The position numbers and the translations under genes were made by a program. A DNA stretch of 64,000 bases. Source: Planctomycetota bacterium. Lineage in GTDB: Bacteria; Planctomycetota; UBA1135. The notes under the pieces were generated by a model. The model saw only the letters and a list, made by a program, of their open reading frames with translations. It did not search any database and was not told the origin of the DNA. The stretch spans positions 3,250 to 67,249 of the forward strand of contig JAQBXR010000013.1 of the NCBI GenBank assembly GCA_027623295.1, written 5' to 3'. Shown here piece by piece: positions 48,674 to 57,582 of this stretch; positions within the stretch are counted from its first letter, which is position 1, and each line of letters starts with the position of its first letter.

Positions 48674-49908
48674 TGCAAGCGAGCGAGCTGATTCCAGAAA
48701 TCGGGGAAGGATTTGGCAACGCAGCTGCGCTCCCCAATCTCCAACTTAGGATAACGTAAGGATGCGATTCCCGCGGACATGGCAAGACGATGGTCATTGC
48801 TGGAATCAAAAGGGCCTGAAGTCTCCGAAGATGTACCCGGCTGAATGAGTAGGGTTTCCCCTTGTTCAGTCATTTCCCCACCGAGGATTGCGGCAAGACG
48901 TTGCATGCCATCTAGGCGGTTCGATTCCTTAAAGCGCAAACGCTCGGGATGAACAAAACGGATACCGTGGGGAAGTTGGCTCGCCAGCACGGCAAGCGCG
49001 GGTCCACTGTCAGGGGAATCTTGCAAATCAAATACCGGCACTTCCCCGAAGGACGATGTCTTGTGCTCCAACCCAAGTGGAATCAGAGTAGAGCCTTCCA
49101 CCCGAAGGAGTTGATGCTTCTCCAGGAACTGCAGAACGGCACGGTCCGGATGTGCGGCACCCCATGCCTGGCTAATTCCGATCTCCTGCTGGAGAAGAAT
49201 GGCTGCGACGGCAAAAAACACCACGGCGGAGGCATCGGATGGAACCGCATAGTTTTGGCCCGTGCCATATCCGACAGCTTGCTTCCAAACCAAGGGTTGG
49301 ATCTGCAGGACCTCGGCGCCGCGGAATTGTTGCAGCATGGTGACCGTCATGTCCAAATAGCCACGTGAAACTGGTTCCATGCCAAGATTCCACCTTTGCG
49401 CCTGCCGACCTGAGGCCATCAGGAAGCCACTGAAAAACTGACTGCTCAAATCCACTGGGATCTGCATGGTTTCAGGAATCGCAGAAGCCTCCGCTTGGAG
49501 GTGGAAGCCGTGTTCTGTCGGGGTCAACGAAGCCCCTTGGAGAGCCAAGGCATCGACCAAGGCTTGTTGCGGACGGTTGCGTAATCCTTCTGCCACATGG
49601 AGTTGCAAATCCTGGGGGGCTGCGGCCAACATGGGAACCAGAAAACGCAGGGTGGAGCCACCTTCACCGAGCGATAGGGCATCGACCGCGGCGGTGCGTG
49701 GACCACCGCCACCGGAAATGCGCACTTGAATGCCTCCCTCATGGCAAATTGGAACCCCCAAAGCACCCAGCGCAGAAAGCAAGAATTTGCTGTCTTCCCC
49801 ACTGCTCAGCCCTGAAACCACACTTTCACCCTCTGCTAAGGCAGCTAAAATCAGCGCTCGTTGCGAGGCAGATTTACATCCTGGTAGGTCAAGGGTGACG
49901 CGCGGCAT
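48670..49908 (-). CDS. aroA: 3-phosphoshikimate 1-carboxyvinyltransferase (divergent)
   Basis: LPGCKSASQRAL, SSQFFSG, SRGYLDMT, RFKESNRL, DHRLAMS, VAKSFPDFW. Confidence 0.9.
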   Translation of the reverse strand: MPRVTLDLPGCKSASQRALILAALAEGESVVSGLSSGEDSKFLLSALGALGVPICHEGGIQVRISGGGGPRTAAVDALSLGEGGSTLRFLVPMLAAAPQDLQLHVAEGLRNRPQQALVDALALQGASLTPTEHGFHLQAEASAIPETMQIPVDLSSQFFSGFLMASGRQAQRWNLGMEPVSRGYLDMTVTMLQQFRGAEVLQIQPLVWKQAVGYGTGQNYAVPSDASAVVFFAVAAILLQQEIGISQAWGAAHPDRAVLQFLEKHQLLRVEGSTLIPLGLEHKTSSFGEVPVFDLQDSPDSGPALAVLASQLPHGIRFVHPERLRFKESNRLDGMQRLAAILGGEMTEQGETLLIQPGTSSETSGPFDSSNDHRLAMSAGIASLRYPKLEIGERSCVAKSFPDFWNQLARLQ

Positions 49909-49912
49909 AGGA

Positions 49913-49926
49913 AGATTCTAGAATCT
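49913..49926. promoter_or_regulatory. Palindromic bidirectional -10 element between aroA and purC
   Basis: The 14-bp palindrome AGATTCTAGAATCT gives TAGAAT on both strands, 5 nt before the purC ATG and 6 nt before the aroA ATG. Confidence 0.7.
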
Positions 49927-49929
49927 GTC

Positions 49930-50871
49930 ATGGCCAGTGCATCCCCCTCCGACCTCACTTCCCAAGGTTATGCCGGTGGCATAGAAATTCCTGGGTGGGA
50001 TTTGTTTTACAAAGGTAAGGTTCGCGACCTTTACCGGCACCCAAATCACCCGGAGCACATGATGATGGTCGCCACCGACCGCCTCAGTGCTTTTGATGTG
50101 GTCATGGCAGAAACTATCCCGGATCGCGGTCGGGTGCTCACCCATATCACCGAGTTTTGGCTGCAAGAGTTTGCCGATTGGATGCCAGCCGCACGCGAGA
50201 CCTGTGATCCCGCCGCCATCCCCGATTTGCCTGCCGAATTTCACGACGCCTTGCGCGGACGCGTGACTTGGACGCGGGTAGCCGATCGAGTCAATGTCGA
50301 GGTGGTCTTGCGCGCCTACCTTGCAGGTTCAGGCTTCCGTGAGTACTCCAAAACAGGTCGCCTTTGGGACCATGCCTTGCCGGAGGGTTTGCAGAACTCT
50401 TCGCAACTTCCAGAGGTCTTGCACACGCCTACGACTAAAGCGGAAGTCGATGAACCGATTTCCTGGAACGAAGCCATTGCATTGATTGGAAGCGAAAACG
50501 AAGCCGCTCAAATTCATAAACTTGCTTTACGTATATTCAACCAAGCCAGCGAACGCGCGGCCGCCAAAGGGGTAGTCCTTGCCGATACCAAGTTTGAGTT
50601 CGGCCGCCTCGATGGAAGGCTCGTCCTGATTGACGAAGTCATGACTCCTGACAGCTCCCGCTATTGGCCAAAGGATCAAATCGAAGCCGGCAAGGAGCCA
50701 CCAAGCTTTGACAAAGAAATCGTGCGCAGTTTCCTACGTACGATCACCGAGTGGGACAAGACTCCACCACCTCCAAGCATTCCAGAAGATGTCATTGCGC
50801 AAACCCGCGAGCGCTACTTGGACATCTGTGAGATTCTGACTGGCAGCTTGCCGGTTTCTGTTTCGCGGTAA
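49930..50871 (+). CDS. purC: SAICAR synthase
   Basis: KGKVRDLY, TDRLSAFD, TPTTKA, LADTKFEFG, DEVMTPDSSRYW, SFDKE. Confidence 0.97.
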   Translation: MASASPSDLTSQGYAGGIEIPGWDLFYKGKVRDLYRHPNHPEHMMMVATDRLSAFDVVMAETIPDRGRVLTHITEFWLQEFADWMPAARETCDPAAIPDLPAEFHDALRGRVTWTRVADRVNVEVVLRAYLAGSGFREYSKTGRLWDHALPEGLQNSSQLPEVLHTPTTKAEVDEPISWNEAIALIGSENEAAQIHKLALRIFNQASERAAAKGVVLADTKFEFGRLDGRLVLIDEVMTPDSSRYWPKDQIEAGKEPPSFDKEIVRSFLRTITEWDKTPPPPSIPEDVIAQTRERYLDICEILTGSLPVSVSR

Positions 50872-50887
50872 TCAAAGGAATCCTGAA

Positions 50888-52720
50888 TTATTGGGGCGCC
50901 CGGCAATCATGCTCGGCGACCTTGGCGCTCCTTGCCACGCGCGCCAAGGAAATCTCAAGCAGGGCGATGTCCGCTGGAGTCACTCCAGCCAGCCGTCCTG
51001 CACTCCCCAAAGTTTCAGGACGGACTACTTCCAGGGTCAAGCGGGCTTCATTGCGAAAGCCCTTGATTTCGGCATAGATGAAGTCCGCTGGAATCAATGT
51101 GGCCTCGCGCTCTGCAGAGCGTTCCACCCAAGCCGTTTGACGTTTGACGTAACCCTCGTATTGCACATCGGCCTCAAGGGTTTCCCAATCACGGTTGGTG
51201 AGTTCAAAGCGCGCGCTTTCCGGAACGTCCGCCAGAACTTTCTGCCACCCACCATGCTTCGGGTGACGCAGTAAAGCTAAGTGCACTCCTAACTCGCCTC
51301 GCGCCAAATCCAAGCGCGCTTTGCGTGCTTGATAGCGTTCAAAACGTTGCACACTACATCCGTCGAACTTTTGCGCGATGGGAGTCAAACGGATGTCCGC
51401 ATTATCATGCCGCAGCAACAAGCGATGCTCTGCGCGAGAAGTAAACATGCGATAAGGCTCGGTTGGATCGCTGACCACTAAGTCATCAATCAACACACCG
51501 ATGTAAGCCTCGTGCCGTCCCAACACAATGGAATCGCGTCCGAGGATTTTGAGCGCTGCATTCCAACCAGCCATCAAACCTTGCGCTGCGGCTTCTTCGT
51601 ATCCAGAAGTTCCACAGATTTGTCCGGCTAAGTAAAGCCCACTCCAATCACGCAACTCCAAGGTCCGATGCAAACACCTTGGCGCAACATGGGTGTACTC
51701 CACGGCATAACCCGGTTGCACAATCACCGCGTTTTCCATGCCCACGCAGGTACGCACAAACTGTTCCTGGATTTCCACTGGCAGAGAGGTCGAAATCCCG
51801 TTGGCGTACAGTAAATTGCTATTTAGGCCTTCTGGCTCCAAAAAGATATTGTGTGCATCGCGCTCTGCAAAGCGCACTACCTTGTCTTCCAAGGATGGGC
51901 AATAGCGCGGCCCGACGCCCTCGATACGGCCGGCATACATTGGAGCTAGATGCAGATTATCGCGCACGATTTCCTGCGTGCGTTTGACGGTTGTAGTTTG
52001 CCAACACACCACCTGCTTTCCCTCAAGGCGGTCATTCATAAAGCTAAATGGCACTGGGTCTTCATCGCCATATTGCTCGGACATGACCGAATAATCCACC
52101 GAGTCCGCTGCAATACGGGGTGGCGTTCCAGTTTTCAAACGCGCAGTGGGCAACTTCATCTTACGCAGAGCCTCGCCGAGGCCAGCCGCTCCAGCTTCTC
52201 CCACGCGACCGCCTTCGGTTTTCACCAAGCCGGTATGCAGCAATCCTTCCAAGAAAGTTCCGGTCGTTAGCACCACCGCCTTAGCGAAATACTCGCGGCC
52301 ATCGGCCATAACGACTCCAAGAATTTGGTGGTCATTCCACAGCAAATCTACCGCCTCACCTTCGATGACCGACAAGCCCTCCTGCTGCGCAACCATTTCC
52401 TGGGCAATCCGCTCATAGCGATCGCGGTCACACTGCGCGCGCGGCGATTGCACCGCACGGCCTTTCGAAGTATTCAGCATGCGAAACTGGATGCCGGCGC
52501 GGTCGGTAATCAGGCCCATCCAGCCGCCCAAGGCATCAATCTCGCGGGTCAACTGGCCCTTGCCTATACCGCCAATCGCTGGATTACACGACATGCGCCC
52601 GATGGCGTTGGCTTCGAGCGAGACCAAACCAGCCTGCAAGCCCAAACGTGCCACCACCGCAGCGGCTTCTAAGCCAGCATGGCCGCCGCCGATCACCAGG
52701 ACATCGTAATTTTTGAGCAT
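50888..52720 (-). CDS. mnmG: tRNA uridine-5-carboxymethylaminomethyl modification enzyme MnmG (GidA)
   Basis: GGGHAG, MSCNPAIGG, RLKTGTPPR, GPRYCPSLEDK, AGQICGTSGYEEAAAQG, EPYRMFTSRAE. Confidence 0.97.
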   Translation of the reverse strand: MLKNYDVLVIGGGHAGLEAAAVVARLGLQAGLVSLEANAIGRMSCNPAIGGIGKGQLTREIDALGGWMGLITDRAGIQFRMLNTSKGRAVQSPRAQCDRDRYERIAQEMVAQQEGLSVIEGEAVDLLWNDHQILGVVMADGREYFAKAVVLTTGTFLEGLLHTGLVKTEGGRVGEAGAAGLGEALRKMKLPTARLKTGTPPRIAADSVDYSVMSEQYGDEDPVPFSFMNDRLEGKQVVCWQTTTVKRTQEIVRDNLHLAPMYAGRIEGVGPRYCPSLEDKVVRFAERDAHNIFLEPEGLNSNLLYANGISTSLPVEIQEQFVRTCVGMENAVIVQPGYAVEYTHVAPRCLHRTLELRDWSGLYLAGQICGTSGYEEAAAQGLMAGWNAALKILGRDSIVLGRHEAYIGVLIDDLVVSDPTEPYRMFTSRAEHRLLLRHDNADIRLTPIAQKFDGCSVQRFERYQARKARLDLARGELGVHLALLRHPKHGGWQKVLADVPESARFELTNRDWETLEADVQYEGYVKRQTAWVERSAEREATLIPADFIYAEIKGFRNEARLTLEVVRPETLGSAGRLAGVTPADIALLEISLARVARSAKVAEHDCRAPQ

Positions 52721-52773
52721 CGTTTCAAACGGGAGGACGCAACCTGCCGAGCTCGGTATCCTAAAGCACTCTG

Positions 52774-54054
52774 ATGTTTACTGTAGCCCTTCTGCTGTGC
52801 GCACCGCTCGCCATTTCCAACCCTCAACAACCGAGTGCTGGATTCGAGAAGCTGACTGCCTCGTTGGAACAGCGTACCGCCGCACGCCGGGTTGCTGCTG
52901 AGAAAGCCTGGACGGAACACGGGGCGGCTTATTTGGCCCAACCGGCGCGCGCCACCATGGATCCGCTCCTCGATTTCACGCCAGAAATCCAGGAACCACT
53001 CATGAAAGCTTTAGAACAGAGCATCCGCGGCGAATTGACCCAGCCTGATGCCCAGATTAGCATTCTCCTGCTTTTGGCGCGCTGCCTGAACTCCGCTGGT
53101 TCTGCAAAATTGATTGCACTTTTGCCGCAACTTTCGCTCGATCAGCAAGCCAAAACCTTACGCACGGTCATCGAGCAGGGCGGCCCACGCACCTTAAGCC
53201 AAGCGCGTACTTATCTCGACCACTCTACCCCAGCCCTGCGCCAAGCCGCTCTTGAAGGTCTACTCCTTCACCTAAGCCCGGCTGAGATGCCTGCTCTGAT
53301 TGCTCGCTTCGACTACGCGCACATGGATTTAGAAGTCTTTGGCGCCATGCTCGACAGCCTTGCCGAACGCGAAATCCCGGCCGAGTTCCAACTCCCCGCC
53401 GACACTTTCCAGCAAAGTCAGCGTGCCTTCTTAGCTGGGGCCGTGAACTTTCTGACCCAGCACCCTCAAGATAACGCTGAAGATTTCTTGCTCGATCGCG
53501 TGCTTGACCGCCGCAATGCTGGCCTATCCATGGAAGCCAAGACCGAATCTCTTCACGCTTACGAAGCCGGTGCGCAATCCTTCCGCTGGGATACTGGCGT
53601 ACGCACGCTGGCCCGCGACCTCAAGGAGATGCCGCGCACCCCCTTCAGCATGGAAGTTGCGTGGACCCTGCATCGTCTCGGCGAAAAAGCCGGGCGCAGC
53701 TATCTGTTAGAACTGCCGGAAGACATCGCCCGCCGTAATCCAGACGATTGGCGCGCGCAGTTCTCCTTGGCCCAACTCCAGGTCGAAGTGAGTGAGTTTT
53801 CTTCTGCCTATCGCCTTTACAAAAAGACCCTCGATTCACTTGAAGGCACCCCTGCGGCCAAGCGGGTGGAGAAATGGGACTACTTTTACGCTGCCCGCGC
53901 TGCTGCCGGTTCCAAGCACTCAAAAGAAGCTGGTCAGTGGCTGGAAGCCTCGCGATTGACCCCAGAGAAGCTCGCGCCCTTCCGCGACTTACCCGAATTT
54001 GAACCATACCTCAAAAAGGACCCCTTCAAACGGCTTCTAACGGTTGCCGATTAG
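52774..54054 (+). CDS. Exported HEAT/TPR-repeat protein
   Basis: N-terminal signal-like segment, helical repeats, C-terminal TPR-like YFYAARAAA. Confidence 0.7.
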   Translation: MFTVALLLCAPLAISNPQQPSAGFEKLTASLEQRTAARRVAAEKAWTEHGAAYLAQPARATMDPLLDFTPEIQEPLMKALEQSIRGELTQPDAQISILLLLARCLNSAGSAKLIALLPQLSLDQQAKTLRTVIEQGGPRTLSQARTYLDHSTPALRQAALEGLLLHLSPAEMPALIARFDYAHMDLEVFGAMLDSLAEREIPAEFQLPADTFQQSQRAFLAGAVNFLTQHPQDNAEDFLLDRVLDRRNAGLSMEAKTESLHAYEAGAQSFRWDTGVRTLARDLKEMPRTPFSMEVAWTLHRLGEKAGRSYLLELPEDIARRNPDDWRAQFSLAQLQVEVSEFSSAYRLYKKTLDSLEGTPAAKRVEKWDYFYAARAAAGSKHSKEAGQWLEASRLTPEKLAPFRDLPEFEPYLKKDPFKRLLTVAD

Positions 54055-54108
54055 TCCCGGCGACGGGAGAATGTCCGGTCCTGGGTTATGTGAACCCACC
54101 CAAAAGAC

Positions 54109-55443
54109 GTGTCGAAATCCTTCCCCATTGAAGCCGACAAGACCGAACTCGGTGCTTGTCACTACAAAATCTCCGTCAAGGTACCTGCTGAGCGGGTGGC
54201 TGAGGAATTTGATCATGCTTATAAATCCGCTTCGCGGGGCATGAAGATTCCTGGTTTCCGTCCTGGCAAAGCACCGGCCTCGGTTCTCCGCCAACTCCTA
54301 GGCGAAGGCATTCAGGAACACGCTACGGAGCATCTCTTCGAACACACTTCTGGCGACGCCCTCGGCGTAGTCGGTTTGCGTAACGAAGTTCTGCGCATGT
54401 TGGAATTCGATCCAAGCAAGTACAGCGTAGAAGAAGGCGTTGCGTTGGAGTTTGAATTCGAAGTCGAAACCATGCCTAAAGTCGAGCTTCCGGAATGGTC
54501 CGAAATCGATGTCAAGCCTGCCGAAACCAAGCCCTCCGAAGAGCAGATTCAAGAAGCTCTGAATGGCCTCGGCCAGAACCACTCCAAGTTCGAGGAAGTC
54601 GAAGGCGGCAGTGTTGACGAAGAGCTCCTCGCGGAAATCGATTTGCTCTACACTCTCGATGGTGAATACGGCCCAGAGGCCAAAGAACTCAAATTCGGCC
54701 TCGGTTCCCCACTTTACGGTGCAGATCCAGAAAAGTACGACGAAGCCCTACGTGGCGCTCAAGCTGGAAGCGAGTTCGAGTTGGAAGTTGATTTCAACGA
54801 AGGCTTCTCCAAGGAAGAGTGGGTTGGTAAGAAAGGTATCGCCAAGATTAAGGTGCTTAAGATTCTGAGTCAGCGTCCGGCAACCAAGGAAGAGCTCTGC
54901 GAAAAACTTGGCCTGGAAAGCCCCGAAATTCTTGACGAGCGCCTGGAAGCTCGCATTGCTGCCGACAACGCACAGCGAGAGCGGGAACGTCAGGCGCATG
55001 AGATTCTTGCCACCATCGCGGAAATGCGTCCTTTCGAACTACCTGCCCGCATGATCGAAGAGGAAGCTGCCGCGACGACTAAGTCGAATAAGGAGCGCAT
55101 GATCCAACAAGGAGCAAGCGAAGAGCAGGCTGAGGAAGAAGCTGTCAAACACGAGAATCAAATGCAGGAGGATGCCAAGAAGCGCCTCAAGCACTGGTTC
55201 ATTCTGCGTAAGATTGGACAAAACCAGAAAGTTCGCGTGACTTCAAAGGATATGGACATGGCATACCGCTCCATTTCCATGCATCAGCAGGTCGACATCA
55301 AGATGGTCAAGACCTTCTATAAGGAGCAGAACATGGTCGACAACCTGCGCGGCGAGATTCTGGAATCCAAGGTCCGCTCTGAAATCGTGGACATCGTGGC
55401 TAAGCATCGCGAACAAAAGGCCCTAGCGCCGCTGGAATCCTAA
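54109..55443 (+). CDS. tig: Trigger factor
   Basis: KIPGFRPGKAP ribosome-binding motif. Canonical tig-clpP-clpX order. Confidence 0.93.
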   Translation: MSKSFPIEADKTELGACHYKISVKVPAERVAEEFDHAYKSASRGMKIPGFRPGKAPASVLRQLLGEGIQEHATEHLFEHTSGDALGVVGLRNEVLRMLEFDPSKYSVEEGVALEFEFEVETMPKVELPEWSEIDVKPAETKPSEEQIQEALNGLGQNHSKFEEVEGGSVDEELLAEIDLLYTLDGEYGPEAKELKFGLGSPLYGADPEKYDEALRGAQAGSEFELEVDFNEGFSKEEWVGKKGIAKIKVLKILSQRPATKEELCEKLGLESPEILDERLEARIAADNAQRERERQAHEILATIAEMRPFELPARMIEEEAAATTKSNKERMIQQGASEEQAEEEAVKHENQMQEDAKKRLKHWFILRKIGQNQKVRVTSKDMDMAYRSISMHQQVDIKMVKTFYKEQNMVDNLRGEILESKVRSEIVDIVAKHREQKALAPLES

Positions 55444-55457
55444 AGGAGTCTGGCTTA

Positions 55458-55500
55458 AAACGCCGAGGGCTTCCTTAGGGGGCTCTCGACGTTTCTTTTT
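55458..55500 (+). terminator. Putative Rho-independent terminator after tig
   Basis: Imperfect stem AAACGCCGAGGGCTTCC / GGGGCTCTCGACGTTT followed by CTTTTT. Confidence 0.6.
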
Positions 55501-55547
55501 GCACGTTGAAGTTTGATTATGCCCTCACGGAACGCTACTTTCCTGCC

Positions 55548-56162
55548 ATGAACTCACCTGAGCACCAGCCCACACAAGGCTTCTCCATTCCTTACGTCAT
55601 CGAGAAGACCGGTCGTGGTGAGCGCACATACGACCTCTACTCCCGCCTGCTTGAGGATCGCATCATCTTCCTGGGCACTGGAGTGGACGACATGGTCGCC
55701 AACGTCATCGTCGCCCAGCTCTTGTTCCTGTTTAAGCAGAACAAGAACCAGGACATTCAAATGTACATCAACTCCCCTGGGGGTTCGGTGACTGCTGGAT
55801 TGGCGATTTACGACACCATGCAGTACATCGATTGCGATGTATCTACTTTCTGCATCGGCCAATGCGCCTCCATGGGCGCGGTTCTTTTGGGTGGTGGCGC
55901 TCCCAAGAAGCGCTTCATCCTGCCGAACTCGCGGGTCATGATTCACCAGCCTTGGGGTGGGACGCAGGGCACTGCCAGCGACATGGAGATTCAGGTCGCT
56001 GAGATTCTTCACTTGAAGAGGCGCCTAAACGCTATTCTTGCCCATCACAGCGGCAAGACCATCAAGCAGGTGGAGAAGGCTACCGACCGCGATAACTTCC
56101 TTTCCGCTGAGGAAAGCGTGGAATTCGGTTTGGTTGACCAGATTATCGGCTCTGTCGAGTAA
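55548..56162 (+). CDS. clpP: ATP-dependent Clp protease proteolytic subunit
   Basis: [41 protein letters not shown]. Start ATG 55548. Confidence 0.97.
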   Translation: MNSPEHQPTQGFSIPYVIEKTGRGERTYDLYSRLLEDRIIFLGTGVDDMVANVIVAQLLFLFKQNKNQDIQMYINSPGGSVTAGLAIYDTMQYIDCDVSTFCIGQCASMGAVLLGGGAPKKRFILPNSRVMIHQPWGGTQGTASDMEIQVAEILHLKRRLNAILAHHSGKTIKQVEKATDRDNFLSAEESVEFGLVDQIIGSVE

Positions 56163-56224
56163 GGAAACTACTTCCTACCGCATTAGAGCGCGGCAAAGCC
56201 CTTGTCATCGTGTAGACTGTACCG

Positions 56225-57559
56225 ATGGCAAGGGGCCAAGACCGAAGTGAAGTAGAACGTTGCACTTTCTGTGAGAAGGTGCGCGCTCAGGTGGAATCGT
56301 TAATCGCGGGACCTCCCGGGATTTACATTTGCAATGAGTGCGTTGAAATTTGCAACTCGATTCTCCATGAGGAGGACCGCCGCTTGCAGCAAGTCACCGA
56401 ACCGGTTGCCGAAACCGCGGCCGGCGGCTTCCTCACTCCGCGTGAAATCGTGGAGCGCTTGGACGAATACGTTTACAGCCAGGAAAGCGCGAAACGAGTC
56501 TTGGCGGTAGCGGTGCACAACCACTACAAACGCTTGGAAGTTTCCGCCTCCCTAGCGAAGGAAGGTCAAAGCAAGCCAGAATGGGCAAATGTGGAATTGG
56601 AGAAATCCAACGTCCTGCTCATCGGCCCCACCGGATCGGGCAAGACTTTGCTTGCCCGCACTTTGGCACGCATCCTGAATGTGCCCTTCGCGATTGCAGA
56701 TGCTACCACCCTTACCGAAGCTGGTTATGTGGGTGAAGATGTCGAGAACATCTTGCTTAAGCTACTGCAGTCCAGCGACTTTGATTTAGAGAAAGCTCAA
56801 CGCGGCATTATCTACATCGACGAGATCGACAAAATTGCGCGCACCACTTCCAACGTAAGCATTACGCGTGACGTCAGCGGCGAAGGCGTGCAACAGGCCT
56901 TGCTCAAGATTCTGGAAGGATCGGTCGCCAACGTGCCCCCTCAAGGTGGACGCAAACATCCGGAACAGTCCTGCATTCAAATGGACACCTCCGGCATTCT
57001 CTTTATCTGTGGGGGAACTTTCTCCGGCATTGAAGAAATCATCGGACGTCGCGTAGGCGAAGGTTCGATTGGCTTCCACCCAGCGGAAGAAGCCCCCGAA
57101 GCGATGGCGGTGAAAGACCTCAACGACCGAGATCGCCTGGTGCCTCTTTTGGACACCAAGGATTTAGTCGACTTCGGTTTGATTCCTGAGTTCGTCGGAC
57201 GCCTCCCGGTCCACGTGCATCTTTCGGGGCTCAGCGCCGAAGACCTCGTCCACGTTTTGGTCGAGCCAAAGAACGCTTTGATTCGTCAGTTCCAGGCTTA
57301 CTTTGCCATGGAAGGACACGAATTGTCCTTCACCGACGCATCACTGGAAGAGATTGCCAAAAAGGCTTTCGACCGTGAAACTGGTGTTCGTGCGCTACGT
57401 TCCATTTTGGAAGGCGTGCTGCATGACCTCATGTTCCACCTTCCGGAATACGGCAAGCCTGGGCGCAGTTTCGTCATCACCGGCGAAATGATTCGCTCCG
57501 GAAAGGCCAACGTGCTCTTGGAAGGCGGCGAGGGCGGCAAGCGGCGCGAAACCGCTTAA
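56225..57559 (+). CDS. clpX: ATP-dependent Clp protease ATP-binding subunit
   Basis: C4 zinc finger (CTFC..ICNEC), [31 protein letters not shown] and IGF loops. Confidence 0.98.
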   Translation: MARGQDRSEVERCTFCEKVRAQVESLIAGPPGIYICNECVEICNSILHEEDRRLQQVTEPVAETAAGGFLTPREIVERLDEYVYSQESAKRVLAVAVHNHYKRLEVSASLAKEGQSKPEWANVELEKSNVLLIGPTGSGKTLLARTLARILNVPFAIADATTLTEAGYVGEDVENILLKLLQSSDFDLEKAQRGIIYIDEIDKIARTTSNVSITRDVSGEGVQQALLKILEGSVANVPPQGGRKHPEQSCIQMDTSGILFICGGTFSGIEEIIGRRVGEGSIGFHPAEEAPEAMAVKDLNDRDRLVPLLDTKDLVDFGLIPEFVGRLPVHVHLSGLSAEDLVHVLVEPKNALIRQFQAYFAMEGHELSFTDASLEEIAKKAFDRETGVRALRSILEGVLHDLMFHLPEYGKPGRSFVITGEMIRSGKANVLLEGGEGGKRRETA

Positions 57560-57582
57560 GGCCAGCACACTACAGGTTGTTC

